64,000 bases of DNA, from contig JBAXKC010000001.1 in NCBI GenBank assembly GCA_037137535.1, forward strand, positions 32,001 to 96,000. The letters run 5' to 3'. Position 1 is the first letter of the stretch; every line of letters begins with the position of its first letter. This DNA comes from a bacterium. GTDB lineage: Bacteria > Cyanobacteriota > Vampirovibrionia > Gastranaerophilales > JBAXKC01. Below the pieces are notes generated by a model. The model ran no database searches. It saw nothing but the letters and a program-made list of their open reading frames with translations, and was not told the origin of the DNA. The translations under genes and the position numbers were made by a program. Positions 10,518 through 20,045 of this stretch are shown in pieces.

Positions 10518-11336
10518 TTATAAATCTTTAATCAGATTATAAACCTGACTTTTAGATATATTCTCAAGAATAGAAATTATTTTACTTATATCTTTAGTAG
10601 AAAAACCTTCTTTTTTAAGTTTTTTTGCCTTTTCTAATATTATTGAATCTTCAAGAGAAAATAATTCATCCTTCCCTTCAATAATAAGAACTATTTCCCC
10701 TTTTACGCCTTTGCTCTCGTAATAATCAATAAGATTTTGAGCCGTATCCTTACGCACTTCCTCATAGAACTTAGTAAGTTCCCTTGCCACAACAACGTTA
10801 GGATTATCAAGGATTTGATCTATTGTTTTTAAAGTAGCTATAAGCCTTGAAGGAGCTTCATAAATAATCAGATTTGTCGTTTTATATTTTAAAAGGAGTT
10901 CTTCAATTTCTTTATCTTTTTTAGGTAAAAAACCTGCGAACATAAAACCGTTTTTCTCAAGATAAACAGAGGACACAGCAACTGTTAAGGCACATGCCCC
11001 CGCTAACGAAACAATATTAATATTTTCCTCTGCCAGTACTTTTAAAAGCTCCGACCCCGGATCACTGATAACAGGAGTTCCTGCATCTGAAACAAGAGCG
11101 ATATTTTTTCCCTCTTTAAGTAGCTCTGAAAGATATGAAGATTTTTGTTTTTCGCTGAATTTATGATAACTAATTGTTTTCGTATTAATTTCATAATGAT
11201 TAAGCAGCTTTTGAGTAACTCTAGTATCCTCACAAGCGATAATATCAACTTCTTTTAATATTCTTAACGCTCTTAAAGTTATATCCTCTAAGTTGCCGAT
11301 AGGAGTGGGGCATATATACAACGTACCATTAGACAT
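10518..11336 (-). CDS. rsmI: 16S rRNA C1402 2'-O-methyltransferase
   Basis: LYICPTPIGNLEDIT, CEDTR, SDAGTP.ISDPG, RELTK. Confidence 0.95.
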   Translation of the reverse strand: MSNGTLYICPTPIGNLEDITLRALRILKEVDIIACEDTRVTQKLLNHYEINTKTISYHKFSEKQKSSYLSELLKEGKNIALVSDAGTPVISDPGSELLKVLAEENINIVSLAGACALTVAVSSVYLEKNGFMFAGFLPKKDKEIEELLLKYKTTNLIIYEAPSRLIATLKTIDQILDNPNVVVARELTKFYEEVRKDTAQNLIDYYESKGVKGEIVLIIEGKDELFSLEDSIILEKAKKLKKEGFSTKDISKIISILENISKSQVYNLIKDL

Positions 11337-11337
11337 A

Positions 11338-12096
11338 CTATTTAATAAACTCTCTTACAACATAACTTGACATCATATAACCTGCAACAGGCGGAACAAA
11401 CGGTGAACTTCCAGGAGTGAATTTTTTCAAATCAATCTGCTCTCCATGCCCGTTTTTAAAATGCTGCACATTTTGACGTTTTTCTACTTTTATTGGTTTT
11501 TCTTCACTTACAACTACAGGTAAACCTTCTGTTATTCCAAGCTTTCTAAGTTTATAAATCATACTTGCACTGAAAGGACAGCTTTTTTTAGCTTTAACCT
11601 CACTAATATCAGAAATATAAAGTTTTTCTGGACAAAGTCTATTCCCTGCACCCATAGAGCTAATTACAGGAACATTATTATCAAAACAACTTTTTATAAG
11701 GTCAACTTTGAATTTCATACTATCAATAGCATCAATTACAAAATCAACTTTTTCATTAAAAATATCTTCATTTAAAGTTAACGTATAAAAATCTTTAAAT
11801 GTTTTTATTTCAATATCTGGATTAATATCTTTTATTCTTTGGGCCATAAGTTCAGTTTTAGGCAGCTCAACAGTAGATTGAAGTGCAATAAGCTGGCGAT
11901 TAATATTAGAAAGGGCAACTTTATCAAAATCTATAAGTGAAAGTTTTCCCACTCCACTTCTGGCAAGAGCTTCAGCAGCAAAAGAACCGACTCCGCCAAT
12001 ACCAAAGACAGCCACATGTTTTTCAAACAGTTTTCTTTGAGCCTCTTCGCCCCAAAGAAGAATATTTCTTTCATACAACTCTATACTGTTCTGCAT
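11338..12096 (-). CDS. tcdA: tRNA threonylcarbamoyladenosine dehydratase (ThiF family)
   Basis: GIGGVGS, SNINRQ, DAID, SSMGAG, FVPPVAG. Confidence 0.85.
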   Translation of the reverse strand: MQNSIELYERNILLWGEEAQRKLFEKHVAVFGIGGVGSFAAEALARSGVGKLSLIDFDKVALSNINRQLIALQSTVELPKTELMAQRIKDINPDIEIKTFKDFYTLTLNEDIFNEKVDFVIDAIDSMKFKVDLIKSCFDNNVPVISSMGAGNRLCPEKLYISDISEVKAKKSCPFSASMIYKLRKLGITEGLPVVVSEEKPIKVEKRQNVQHFKNGHGEQIDLKKFTPGSSPFVPPVAGYMMSSYVVREFIK

Positions 12097-12098
12097 TT

Positions 12099-13130
12099 TT
12101 AATGATGTTTCCTAATTTCTGCAAGTTTTTTATACAAATCTTTTTCTTCTTGAGTAATATGCTCTGGAATAATTATTTTAATTTTTGCGATATGAGCGCC
12201 AAAACCGCCATCTTTTTTAGGTAAACCAAGATCTTTAAGCCTTAATGATTTTCCGGCTTGAGTATTTGGCGGAATAGTAACCTTTACAGGTCCATGTAGG
12301 GTTTTAACTTCTACATTTATCCCAAAAACAGCATCTTGCGGATAGATTTCTATATCTGAAGTTATATCACTGCCACTCATTTTAAAGTCTTTACTGTCTT
12401 TAAATTTTATTATGAGATATAAATCACCTTTTTGTCCATAAGAATCTGTTTTTCCCTCGCCTGAAAGACGAATTTTTGCTCCTTCTTTAACTCCTTTAGG
12501 GATTTTTACAAAAAGATTTTTTGAAATAGTTAAAAAACCTGTCCCCCCACAAGTATGACAATGAGTTCCTCTTGTTCCACAAGAAGTACATTTTTCCATA
12601 TATGAGAATTTTACATTTTTTTTATCATCATTCATCAAATCTTCAGGAATAAGAAAATAATCTTTGGTAATATCAAGATTTTCTTTTTCTTTAGGTGATT
12701 CCTGTGAAAAACCTCTTGATCTTCCTCCTCTAGAAGATCTTCCATGAGCTTGAGAACTCATAGCATCTCCAAAAATGGAACTAAAGAAATCAGAGAAACC
12801 ACCTTCACCGAAAGAACCGCCCATTCCTCCCATACCGCCAAAGCCACCGAATCCGCCTTGACCAAAGTTCATGTTTTCAAATCCAGGAGGAGGAGTAAAA
12901 TCCATTCCCTGACTCCAATTAGAGCCAAGACTATCATATCTTTGTCTTTTTTCCGAATCAGACAAGACTTCATAGGCTTCATTTATATCTTTAAACTTCT
13001 GTGAAGCCTCTGAGGCTTTATTAACATCGGGATGATATTTTCTGGCAAGTTTTCTGAAGGCTGCTTTAATTTCAGCTTCACCAGCTGTTTTTTGCACTCC
13101 TAAAACTTCATAATAATCTTTATATTTCAT
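12099..13130 (-). CDS. DnaJ/CbpA-like co-chaperone
   Basis: J domain with HPD, G/F-rich region, short Cys motif, DnaJ C-terminal domains. Confidence 0.9.
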   Translation of the reverse strand: MKYKDYYEVLGVQKTAGEAEIKAAFRKLARKYHPDVNKASEASQKFKDINEAYEVLSDSEKRQRYDSLGSNWSQGMDFTPPPGFENMNFGQGGFGGFGGMGGMGGSFGEGGFSDFFSSIFGDAMSSQAHGRSSRGGRSRGFSQESPKEKENLDITKDYFLIPEDLMNDDKKNVKFSYMEKCTSCGTRGTHCHTCGGTGFLTISKNLFVKIPKGVKEGAKIRLSGEGKTDSYGQKGDLYLIIKFKDSKDFKMSGSDITSDIEIYPQDAVFGINVEVKTLHGPVKVTIPPNTQAGKSLRLKDLGLPKKDGGFGAHIAKIKIIIPEHITQEEKDLYKKLAEIRKHH

Positions 13131-13273
13131 AATTCATCACTTTTATTTATTTTATATAACATTTGCTATTACCATTTTAATACAGATAAACAGTAAGTCT
13201 TTATAACTTAAAGATTTTTTTATATTTTTGAGATAATGTTAATAATATCGGCTATATCGGGAAAGGCAAAACA

Positions 13274-14038
13274 ATGGAAGATAAAATTCAACAAGCATTA
13301 GAACACATTGAAAAAGAAGAATATAATAGTGCAATTAATATTTTTGAAGAATTAATAGAAGATGATGCTGAAAATGCATATTTATACAATAATTTAGCAA
13401 CAATACACTACAAAAAAGGAAACTATGATAAAGCGATTGAACTATTTCAAAAGGCAATCGAATTAGATATAGACAATCAAGGAATTTATCAGAATTTAGC
13501 CGACGTTTACATGGCTGCTGAAAATATTGAATATGCACTTACAACGCTTCAGGAATGTGTTTCGATTAATCGCTCAAACCCTGGGCCGCTCTATCATTTA
13601 TCAAGAATATTAATACTTGACCACCAGCTTTACAGCGCTATTGAATATCTTGAAAAAGTCGTTGAATACGCACCAAACAATACTGATGCAAGATATGACC
13701 TTGCAAGAAGTTATTATGAAATTGGCGAATATGAAAACGCAATTGAGCAATATGAAACCATTCAAGTTGAATTACCTAAAAGCCCAGATATTTTATTCCA
13801 CTTAGGCTGTGCATATCTTGAACAATACAGATTAAATGATGCTATAAATATTTTTAACGAAGTTATTAAAGAAAGCCCTAATTATCTTCCTGTTTATAAA
13901 AAACTTGGAATGTTATATCTTACTCAAGATAATCATAAAGAAGCAAAAAAATATTTTGAAGCATATAAAAAGAATATTGTGGATGAAGAAGAAATTAAAT
14001 ATATTGAAAATATTATTTGCAAACTTAAAACTGATTAA
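13274..14038 (+). CDS. Tetratricopeptide repeat protein
   Basis: Multiple TPR motifs. Confidence 0.88.
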   Translation: MEDKIQQALEHIEKEEYNSAINIFEELIEDDAENAYLYNNLATIHYKKGNYDKAIELFQKAIELDIDNQGIYQNLADVYMAAENIEYALTTLQECVSINRSNPGPLYHLSRILILDHQLYSAIEYLEKVVEYAPNNTDARYDLARSYYEIGEYENAIEQYETIQVELPKSPDILFHLGCAYLEQYRLNDAINIFNEVIKESPNYLPVYKKLGMLYLTQDNHKEAKKYFEAYKKNIVDEEEIKYIENIICKLKTD

Positions 14039-14222
14039 ATTCTTTCATCACAAGAAAATTTCGATATCTAAATCTATCGACTTCCTTTTTATGTTTCAAA
14101 AAACAAAAAGGAACAAACACAAAAACATAGCAGTTATTGACCGTTACTGGCTTCTTTTCCTATGCTTTGAGTTTTTTACACAAAATACAAAATAATTTTC
14201 GAGAAAAGAAGCAAACCGCTCG
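14036..14222. repeat. Dispersed structured repeat, copy 1 (copy 2 at 48636-48810)
   Basis: Shares taaattctttcatcacaa...tcgat..atcgac..ccttttt..aaaagg..gaccg.tactggcttcttttc..gagaaaagaagcaaaccgctcg with copy 2. Confidence 0.85.
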
Positions 14223-14260
14223 AGTAGTGAACTTTTAAAATTTCTCATAATTAGATTAGT

Positions 14261-15037
14261 CTAACTATGAGGAATTTTAGTTTTATCTTTTAATTTTTCA
14301 ATCATTAATCTTGCAGGGGTATAAGCGTTGTTGATATCTAAACATTGACCAAACATATTTATTGCTTCATCAATAGAGCCTAAATTATAACTGTATTGAC
14401 CTAGAAAATAATATATTTCGGGGTCATTTGGTATGACTTTCTGACTTTTTAATAAAAAATCAGCGGCAATATTATTAAACCCGTTTGTCATTAAGGCTTT
14501 GCCGATAAATTTATAAGATTCGGGATTTACTTCAACGAGAATATCAGCACAATTTATAAGATTTTCGGCATAATCAACCCTGTCAGCCTGAATTAAATAA
14601 TTCAAATCAGACTCTAAATGATTACGAATTTGTAAAAGAGAAGGAACTTTAGGGTTGCTGATATTATCATCAATTAACATTAAAAAACTTTTTCCCCATT
14701 TTACAGGTTCTGAATCAGGTATTTTATCCCAAACTTTTTTAGCTACAAGAGGGCTACCCATCAAAATCTCACAAAACCCCGCCTGATAAAGTTCATTGAT
14801 CTGATAATAGATTTTTGCAGCTAAATCATAGTTTTTATTTTCAAAATGAGCAAACGCAAGAGTATTATAAAAAAATAAAGCATTATCCTTAAAAGATAAA
14901 GCATTATTCTTTAACTCAGGTTCAATTTCTTCAAGAAGATTTATTCCTCTTTCATACTTATTAAAAACAAGTATTTCTTTTCTAGCCTGAACTATAATAT
15001 TTTTAAAATGGAGAGATAACTCTTCAATTGGATGCAT
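14261..15037 (-). CDS. Tetratricopeptide repeat protein
   Basis: C-terminal TPRs (ESYKFIGKAL, EIYYFLGQY); directly downstream of csrA. Confidence 0.8.
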   Translation of the reverse strand: MHPIEELSLHFKNIIVQARKEILVFNKYERGINLLEEIEPELKNNALSFKDNALFFYNTLAFAHFENKNYDLAAKIYYQINELYQAGFCEILMGSPLVAKKVWDKIPDSEPVKWGKSFLMLIDDNISNPKVPSLLQIRNHLESDLNYLIQADRVDYAENLINCADILVEVNPESYKFIGKALMTNGFNNIAADFLLKSQKVIPNDPEIYYFLGQYSYNLGSIDEAINMFGQCLDINNAYTPARLMIEKLKDKTKIPHS

Positions 15038-15045
15038 AAACTTTG

Positions 15046-15339
15046 CTATTTTTCCGGATTATTTGATAATTTTTTAATCTTGTCTAAATAATTAGCATTA
15101 CTAAGATTTTGAGAATCAAACATATTTAAAACACTATTAAGGTCATTAACCTGAACATTTTTGCTTGCTTGTGCATTAGCTTTTTTAATTTCTTCGTAAA
15201 TTTCTTCACGATAAATAGTTACGTTTTTCGGAGCTTTTATCCCTATTTTTACGGACTCCCCCTTAGTTTCAAGAATAACAACTTCGATATTCTCATTGAT
15301 TATTAATTTTTGACCTAGTTTTCTTGTTAAAACTAACAT
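15046..15339 (-). CDS. csrA: Carbon storage regulator CsrA with C-terminal extension
   Basis: MLVLTRK, VKIGIKAPK, IYREEIY. Confidence 0.95.
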   Translation of the reverse strand: MLVLTRKLGQKLIINENIEVVILETKGESVKIGIKAPKNVTIYREEIYEEIKKANAQASKNVQVNDLNSVLNMFDSQNLSNANYLDKIKKLSNNPEK

Positions 15340-15371
15340 AATATATTAACCTTCATACTTTTCAAATAACA

Positions 15372-15815
15372 TTAAGATTGAGCTTTTGGTCCGGGAAATA
15401 GTCGTTGTTTAGCAGAAAAACTACTATTGATAAGAACCACTTGCATAGCCTTTTTGTTATCCATGTTGATAACAAGTGGGCCAAGAAGGTTAATCGTTGC
15501 GTTTTCAGGATGCCCTGACGGAATACAGACAATATTTAATGTTAATAAATTTTCAGCATTTGTTAATTCTAGTTTTTTTACTTCATCCTCGGGCATTATA
15601 AATTCATAATCAAGTCCAAAAAATCCTGCACAAGTTACCGGAAAAGCAATTTTCTCATCTTCTAAGGACTGAAGCCACTTAAAAGGAGATTCAGGCATAT
15701 GGTCAACAAGTGCAAATTTGTTTAAATGTTCATATCCAATGATAGGAGCAATGAATTCGAATGTAAGATTTTCGTTAATCTCAATTTCCCCAAATTTCTC
15801 AGTATTTATTTTCAT
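15372..15815 (-). CDS. fliW: Flagellar assembly factor FliW
   Basis: T.KFGEIEI, FKWLQS, ATINLLGPLVIN; adjacent to csrA. Confidence 0.93.
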   Translation of the reverse strand: MKINTEKFGEIEINENLTFEFIAPIIGYEHLNKFALVDHMPESPFKWLQSLEDEKIAFPVTCAGFFGLDYEFIMPEDEVKKLELTNAENLLTLNIVCIPSGHPENATINLLGPLVINMDNKKAMQVVLINSSFSAKQRLFPGPKAQS

Positions 15816-15978
15816 TTTCTATTCCAAACCGTAAAATCATTTAACTAAAAAAAGTGAATTACTGAGGTGCTACTGGATTTCAGCAATACTTCCACCTAAT
15901 GAAATTAAATCATAAATTTTAATGATAATCTATAAAATACTAAATTATTACTGTATTTGACTTAGTTTAACAAACTAA

Positions 15979-16854
15979 TTATTCAGTAATTTTAAGTTTA
16001 ATAAGAGTGTTTGTCCCTTGCTCTGTAACATAAAGGTTTCCACTATTATCAAGATATAAATAATATGGATTTTTAACAGAAGTAAGAACATTTTCAAATC
16101 TACCGTCATAAGTCATTTTTACGACCTGATTAGACTTATAATTTGCAATATAAATGTTATCCTGAGCATCAGCAACTAAACCGATAGGGCCATTAATAAA
16201 ATCAGGACGTTTAATTATAATCCTTTGACCTACAACAGGGATTTTAGTAATAGAATTTGAGACATAATTAGCAATATACAAATTGCCCTTACTGTCTTTG
16301 GTAATACCCGTAGGGCCGTTAAAACCCGGAATAACTGTTTTACTTGCAGAAAGTCTTTGAGCTTCAATTTTTTTTCTTAGTTCCGCAAGTTTAAGCTGTG
16401 ACTTAGAGATTAAAGATTTACTGTCTTTATATTCAATACTATCAGGATCAATTTTATTCAAGTGAGCTATTGCTTTGTTATAATTACCTTTTTTAAAGTA
16501 CAACTGCCCTAACTTCAATCTTATTTCATTATCTTCAGGTGTTTTTAATAATAAGGTCTCAAATAAGTCTATAGCCTTATCATTTTTATTAATATACTCA
16601 TATAAAGCCCCTGCATTATAGTAAGCATCAACAAAATCAGGATCAATTAAAATAGCCTTATTAAATTGATCTAACGCTTCCTTAAAATATCCTTTTTTAC
16701 TTAGTTCAACACCCTTATCATAAGTATTTATAGCCTCTTCTGTATAAGAATAAGCCGGAAGGTTATATAAAAAGAGGAAAGATAAAGTTAATATTACAAA
16801 AAGTTTATTTTTAAAATTCATGGAGAAATACCTCTGTTTGATGGCTATCGCCAA
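15979..16854 (-). CDS. Exported TPR + NHL-repeat protein
   Basis: Signal-like N-terminus, TPRs, then 'FNGPTGITKDSKGNLYIAN' NHL repeats; true start may be the ATG at 16821. Confidence 0.8.
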   Translation of the reverse strand: MAIAIKQRYFSMNFKNKLFVILTLSFLFLYNLPAYSYTEEAINTYDKGVELSKKGYFKEALDQFNKAILIDPDFVDAYYNAGALYEYINKNDKAIDLFETLLLKTPEDNEIRLKLGQLYFKKGNYNKAIAHLNKIDPDSIEYKDSKSLISKSQLKLAELRKKIEAQRLSASKTVIPGFNGPTGITKDSKGNLYIANYVSNSITKIPVVGQRIIIKRPDFINGPIGLVADAQDNIYIANYKSNQVVKMTYDGRFENVLTSVKNPYYLYLDNSGNLYVTEQGTNTLIKLKITE

Positions 16855-16887
16855 ATCTATATATTCTAATTATATACAAATAATGAT

Positions 16888-17457
16888 TTATTCTACAGCT
16901 CTAATTGGATTTCTAGTATTATTATCCGCAGGCACCACTGAATCAGCCATAATAATGAGTTGATATTGGTCTTGAAATTCATTTTTATCATGATAATAAC
17001 TATTCCCTTGAACATTAGGGCCTTTATTACCGTTTACATCTACAAGAACCTGACAATCTGCGCCACCACCGGCTGTTATACTTGAAGAAGTACCACATGG
17101 AGAAGCTGTATTTTTTGCAAAGAAATATGAAACGCCATCAGGAGTAGTAAATTTTCTTACATTGTCCCAGGACAGAACAGGAATAGATATTGCAAAATAT
17201 TTAGCAATATTAGAAGCACCGACATCACCAAATATTGAACATCCACTGCAAGTAGCAGGGCTAATATTTAATCGGCTAACATTAGTATCTAAAGCTTCAT
17301 TTAAAATTCTTACTGATTTTTTAAGTTTAAGCCTATATTGATTTGTATCAAAGCTAGAAACAAAAGAAGGTATAGTTAAAGCCATTACTATTCCAAGTAG
17401 CACCATTGAAACTAAAGCCTCAGAGAGAGTAAATGCTTTTCTTTCTTTTGATTTCAT
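16888..17457 (-). CDS. Type IV pilin-like protein (paralog 1)
   Basis: Prepilin-like KAFTLSE plus hydrophobic helix; DVNG motif and Cys pairs in the head. Confidence 0.85.
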   Translation of the reverse strand: MKSKERKAFTLSEALVSMVLLGIVMALTIPSFVSSFDTNQYRLKLKKSVRILNEALDTNVSRLNISPATCSGCSIFGDVGASNIAKYFAISIPVLSWDNVRKFTTPDGVSYFFAKNTASPCGTSSSITAGGGADCQVLVDVNGNKGPNVQGNSYYHDKNEFQDQYQLIIMADSVVPADNNTRNPIRAVE

Positions 17458-17554
17458 AGCTAAATCCCTCTATTATTTACAATTCAATTATAAGTGATTT
17501 TTAGATTAAAATCTATTAATTTAAACTAATCTTAATTATATACAAATAAATCAT

Positions 17555-18142
17555 TTATTCTAAAGCGGCAACCGCATTATTATTAAACTCCGAAGAAGGT
17601 TCTAACGAGTCACTTGTTAGCACAAATTGATAAATATCGCTAAATTGCTTATTCCCATCACCGTATTTTATAATACCATTTATAGGATCGGACGGAGGAG
17701 CACTTCCATTCACATCAATAGCTACATTACAATCAGAATCAACATAGGATTTAGTGGTTGATGTTCCACAGGCGGAGCTTGTATTTTTATTAAATACATA
17801 AATAGTTCCATCAGTCGTTACAAGATAAGGACATGAGGCTGATGAGATACCTCTGGAAATAACCGGTAAAGATTTTGCCATAAAATCAGCAAGCGCCATC
17901 TTCCCCGTAGCATAGGAAACACTACAACCCGGACAAGTTGCAGCATTTTGACCATATCTACTTATGTTATAATCCAAAGCCTCATTAAAGACCCTTACTG
18001 ATTTTTTAAGTTTAAGCCTATATTGATTTGTATCAAAGCTAGAAATAAAAGAAGGTATAGTTAAAGCCATTACTATTCCAAGTAACACCATTGAAACTAA
18101 AGTCTCAGAGAGAGTAAATGCTTTTCTTTCTTTAGATGTCAT
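17555..18142 (-). CDS. Type IV pilin-like protein (paralog 2)
   Basis: KAFTLSE leader; N-terminal ~57 aa nearly identical to paralog 1. Confidence 0.85.
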   Translation of the reverse strand: MTSKERKAFTLSETLVSMVLLGIVMALTIPSFISSFDTNQYRLKLKKSVRVFNEALDYNISRYGQNAATCPGCSVSYATGKMALADFMAKSLPVISRGISSASCPYLVTTDGTIYVFNKNTSSACGTSTTKSYVDSDCNVAIDVNGSAPPSDPINGIIKYGDGNKQFSDIYQFVLTSDSLEPSSEFNNNAVAALE

Positions 18143-18222
18143 AGCAAATCCATTTATTATTTATAATTCAATTATAAGTGATTATAGATTAAAATCTATT
18201 AATAAAAAGAAAGAATACAAAG

Positions 18223-19389
18223 TTATCTTCTAGCTGCGGAATATAGTCCTGTATCTAAAGAAGCAGGAGCAACCTCAGGTTTTTTGGCAAATAAATCCAT
18301 AAAAAAGTTTTTTATATTCGCACTAATACTTGAGAAGAAATTAGTGATAGGATTTCTTTTTTCAGAGAATTCGACAGCAGCTAGTCCATGATGAGGAGAA
18401 GTAAGTGGAATTGAACCATCCCTTGTGGCATAAATTTCTGCAACTTTTTTGTCTAATTCTTCAGGACTTATATCATATAAACTTTTTGCATAATCCATCT
18501 CAGGATCTTTTACACCATTGCTATAAGCAGACCAAAACTCTACTGACTTACGATAAGCCTCTTGCTCCTCTTGAATAGAGGTTAAAGCATCCCTATCAAG
18601 TGAATGTATTACTTCATGAACAAGATATGCCGTAATTACTTCAGGAGCAGCATAAACATATTTATTTGTAACAACAATTCTTCTATTAGCATTTTCATAC
18701 TGAGCAATGTTCTGATGACCGCCTAGTGAATCTGTTTCGTCAAAACAGAAAGTAATATCCTCTAACTGATTTGTAATTTCAGGAGGATAAAATTTTTGCA
18801 GTAAAACTAAAGATTTACGCATATTTTCAGCAGCATAAGCTGATCTGTTTAAATCAGCTGAAGCAGGATCGACTTCATGTTGTTTAAGATATTGAATTTC
18901 TTTTAATTGCCTGGCCGCAAAATCAAGTTTAGGATCAATTGATACCGCTCTCTTTAAAGTTTTTTCAGCTTTAACATATTGTTTTTTTTCTTTATAACAC
19001 TCGCCAAGATTTGTTAAAACTTCCGCATCAATGGGATCAATTTTGAGATATTTTTCATAGTTAATAATAGCTTTATCATAATCTCCTACATTTTTAAAAG
19101 TTTTAGCGAGATTATAATATGCATCTGAATACTCAGGATTATCATTAATAGCCTTTTGATATAAGTTAATCGCTTTTTGGGGATTATTAATTTTAATGAA
19201 CTCATTTCCAGCTTTTTTAAGTAATTCAGCTTTTTTCTTATTCCAAGAAAAATCAGACAATGAATAACTATCACCAGCTGGATTATTCAATGACAATTGA
19301 CCAAAGTTTATTTGCTTCTGCTCGATATTTTTTATATTTTTGTTATATAAGCCTCTTGAGCTAAAATCAGATAAATTTCTAACAGTCAT
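18223..19389 (-). CDS. TPR protein with C-terminal HEXXH (putative zinc-metallopeptidase) domain
   Basis: TPRs followed by AYLVHEVIH and a downstream EEQEAY. Confidence 0.7.
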   Translation of the reverse strand: MTVRNLSDFSSRGLYNKNIKNIEQKQINFGQLSLNNPAGDSYSLSDFSWNKKKAELLKKAGNEFIKINNPQKAINLYQKAINDNPEYSDAYYNLAKTFKNVGDYDKAIINYEKYLKIDPIDAEVLTNLGECYKEKKQYVKAEKTLKRAVSIDPKLDFAARQLKEIQYLKQHEVDPASADLNRSAYAAENMRKSLVLLQKFYPPEITNQLEDITFCFDETDSLGGHQNIAQYENANRRIVVTNKYVYAAPEVITAYLVHEVIHSLDRDALTSIQEEQEAYRKSVEFWSAYSNGVKDPEMDYAKSLYDISPEELDKKVAEIYATRDGSIPLTSPHHGLAAVEFSEKRNPITNFFSSISANIKNFFMDLFAKKPEVAPASLDTGLYSAARR

Positions 19390-19546
19390 TTAGATTTCTT
19401 TCATTTGAGCAGACAACTATACATGTATATAAAAGCGATTTAAACAAATAATTTGCTATGTTATTTTTAGCATAAAAAAAATAAAGCGCAAAAACAAATA
19501 ATAACCATCACATGAGAATTGTAAATAAGTATTAAGTTGCTATAAA

Positions 19547-19975
19547 TTAATTTACAAGAGAAATATTATCAACAATGAGGTTCTCACTCGATAAGGTTTT
19601 ATGAACTGGGCATTTTTCAGCAATTTCAAGAAGTCTGTCTTTTTGTTCCTCTGATAAATCACCTTTTATTTCAATATTTCTAGTTATCTTATCCAATCGA
19701 CCGGTTTTAGTTTCACAAGTTTCACAATCTTTAGCATAAATTTTTTCATGAGTAAGATTAACCTTTATATCTTGAATTTCCCAGTTCTTTCTTCTTGCAT
19801 ACATTTGAATAGTCATCGAGGTACAAGCGCCAAGAGCAGCCAGCATCATATCATAAGGACTTGGTCCTTCATTGTCGCCGCCTGCAGAAACTGGTTCATC
19901 CATAATAAAAGTAAAATCACCTATTTTACATTCATGTTTTAAGTTTTTAATAAACTTAACTTCAACGTCAGCCAT
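19547..19975 (-). CDS. OsmC/Ohr family protein
   Basis: DEP..GG...GPSPYD..LAALGACT and KCPVHKTL. Confidence 0.9.
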   Translation of the reverse strand: MADVEVKFIKNLKHECKIGDFTFIMDEPVSAGGDNEGPSPYDMMLAALGACTSMTIQMYARRKNWEIQDIKVNLTHEKIYAKDCETCETKTGRLDKITRNIEIKGDLSEEQKDRLLEIAEKCPVHKTLSSENLIVDNISLVN

Positions 19976-20045
19976 ATAAATACCCTCATTAATTGTTTAC
20001 AAACCTCTACTTTATATTTAAACTAAAAATCAACTGTTTTAACAT

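Noticed and set aside
13905-14195. 96-aa ORF spanning repeat copy 1
   Set aside because: Overlaps the TPR gene out of frame, has low-complexity composition, and I see no matching ORF at copy 2.
15854-15900. Hairpin upstream of fliW (attactga/tcagcaat)
   Set aside because: Only about 8 bp in AT-rich DNA, with no comparative support.
16888-18142. Diversity-generating retroelement acting on the pilins
   Set aside because: No reverse transcriptase in the window, and the differences are not restricted to adenines.
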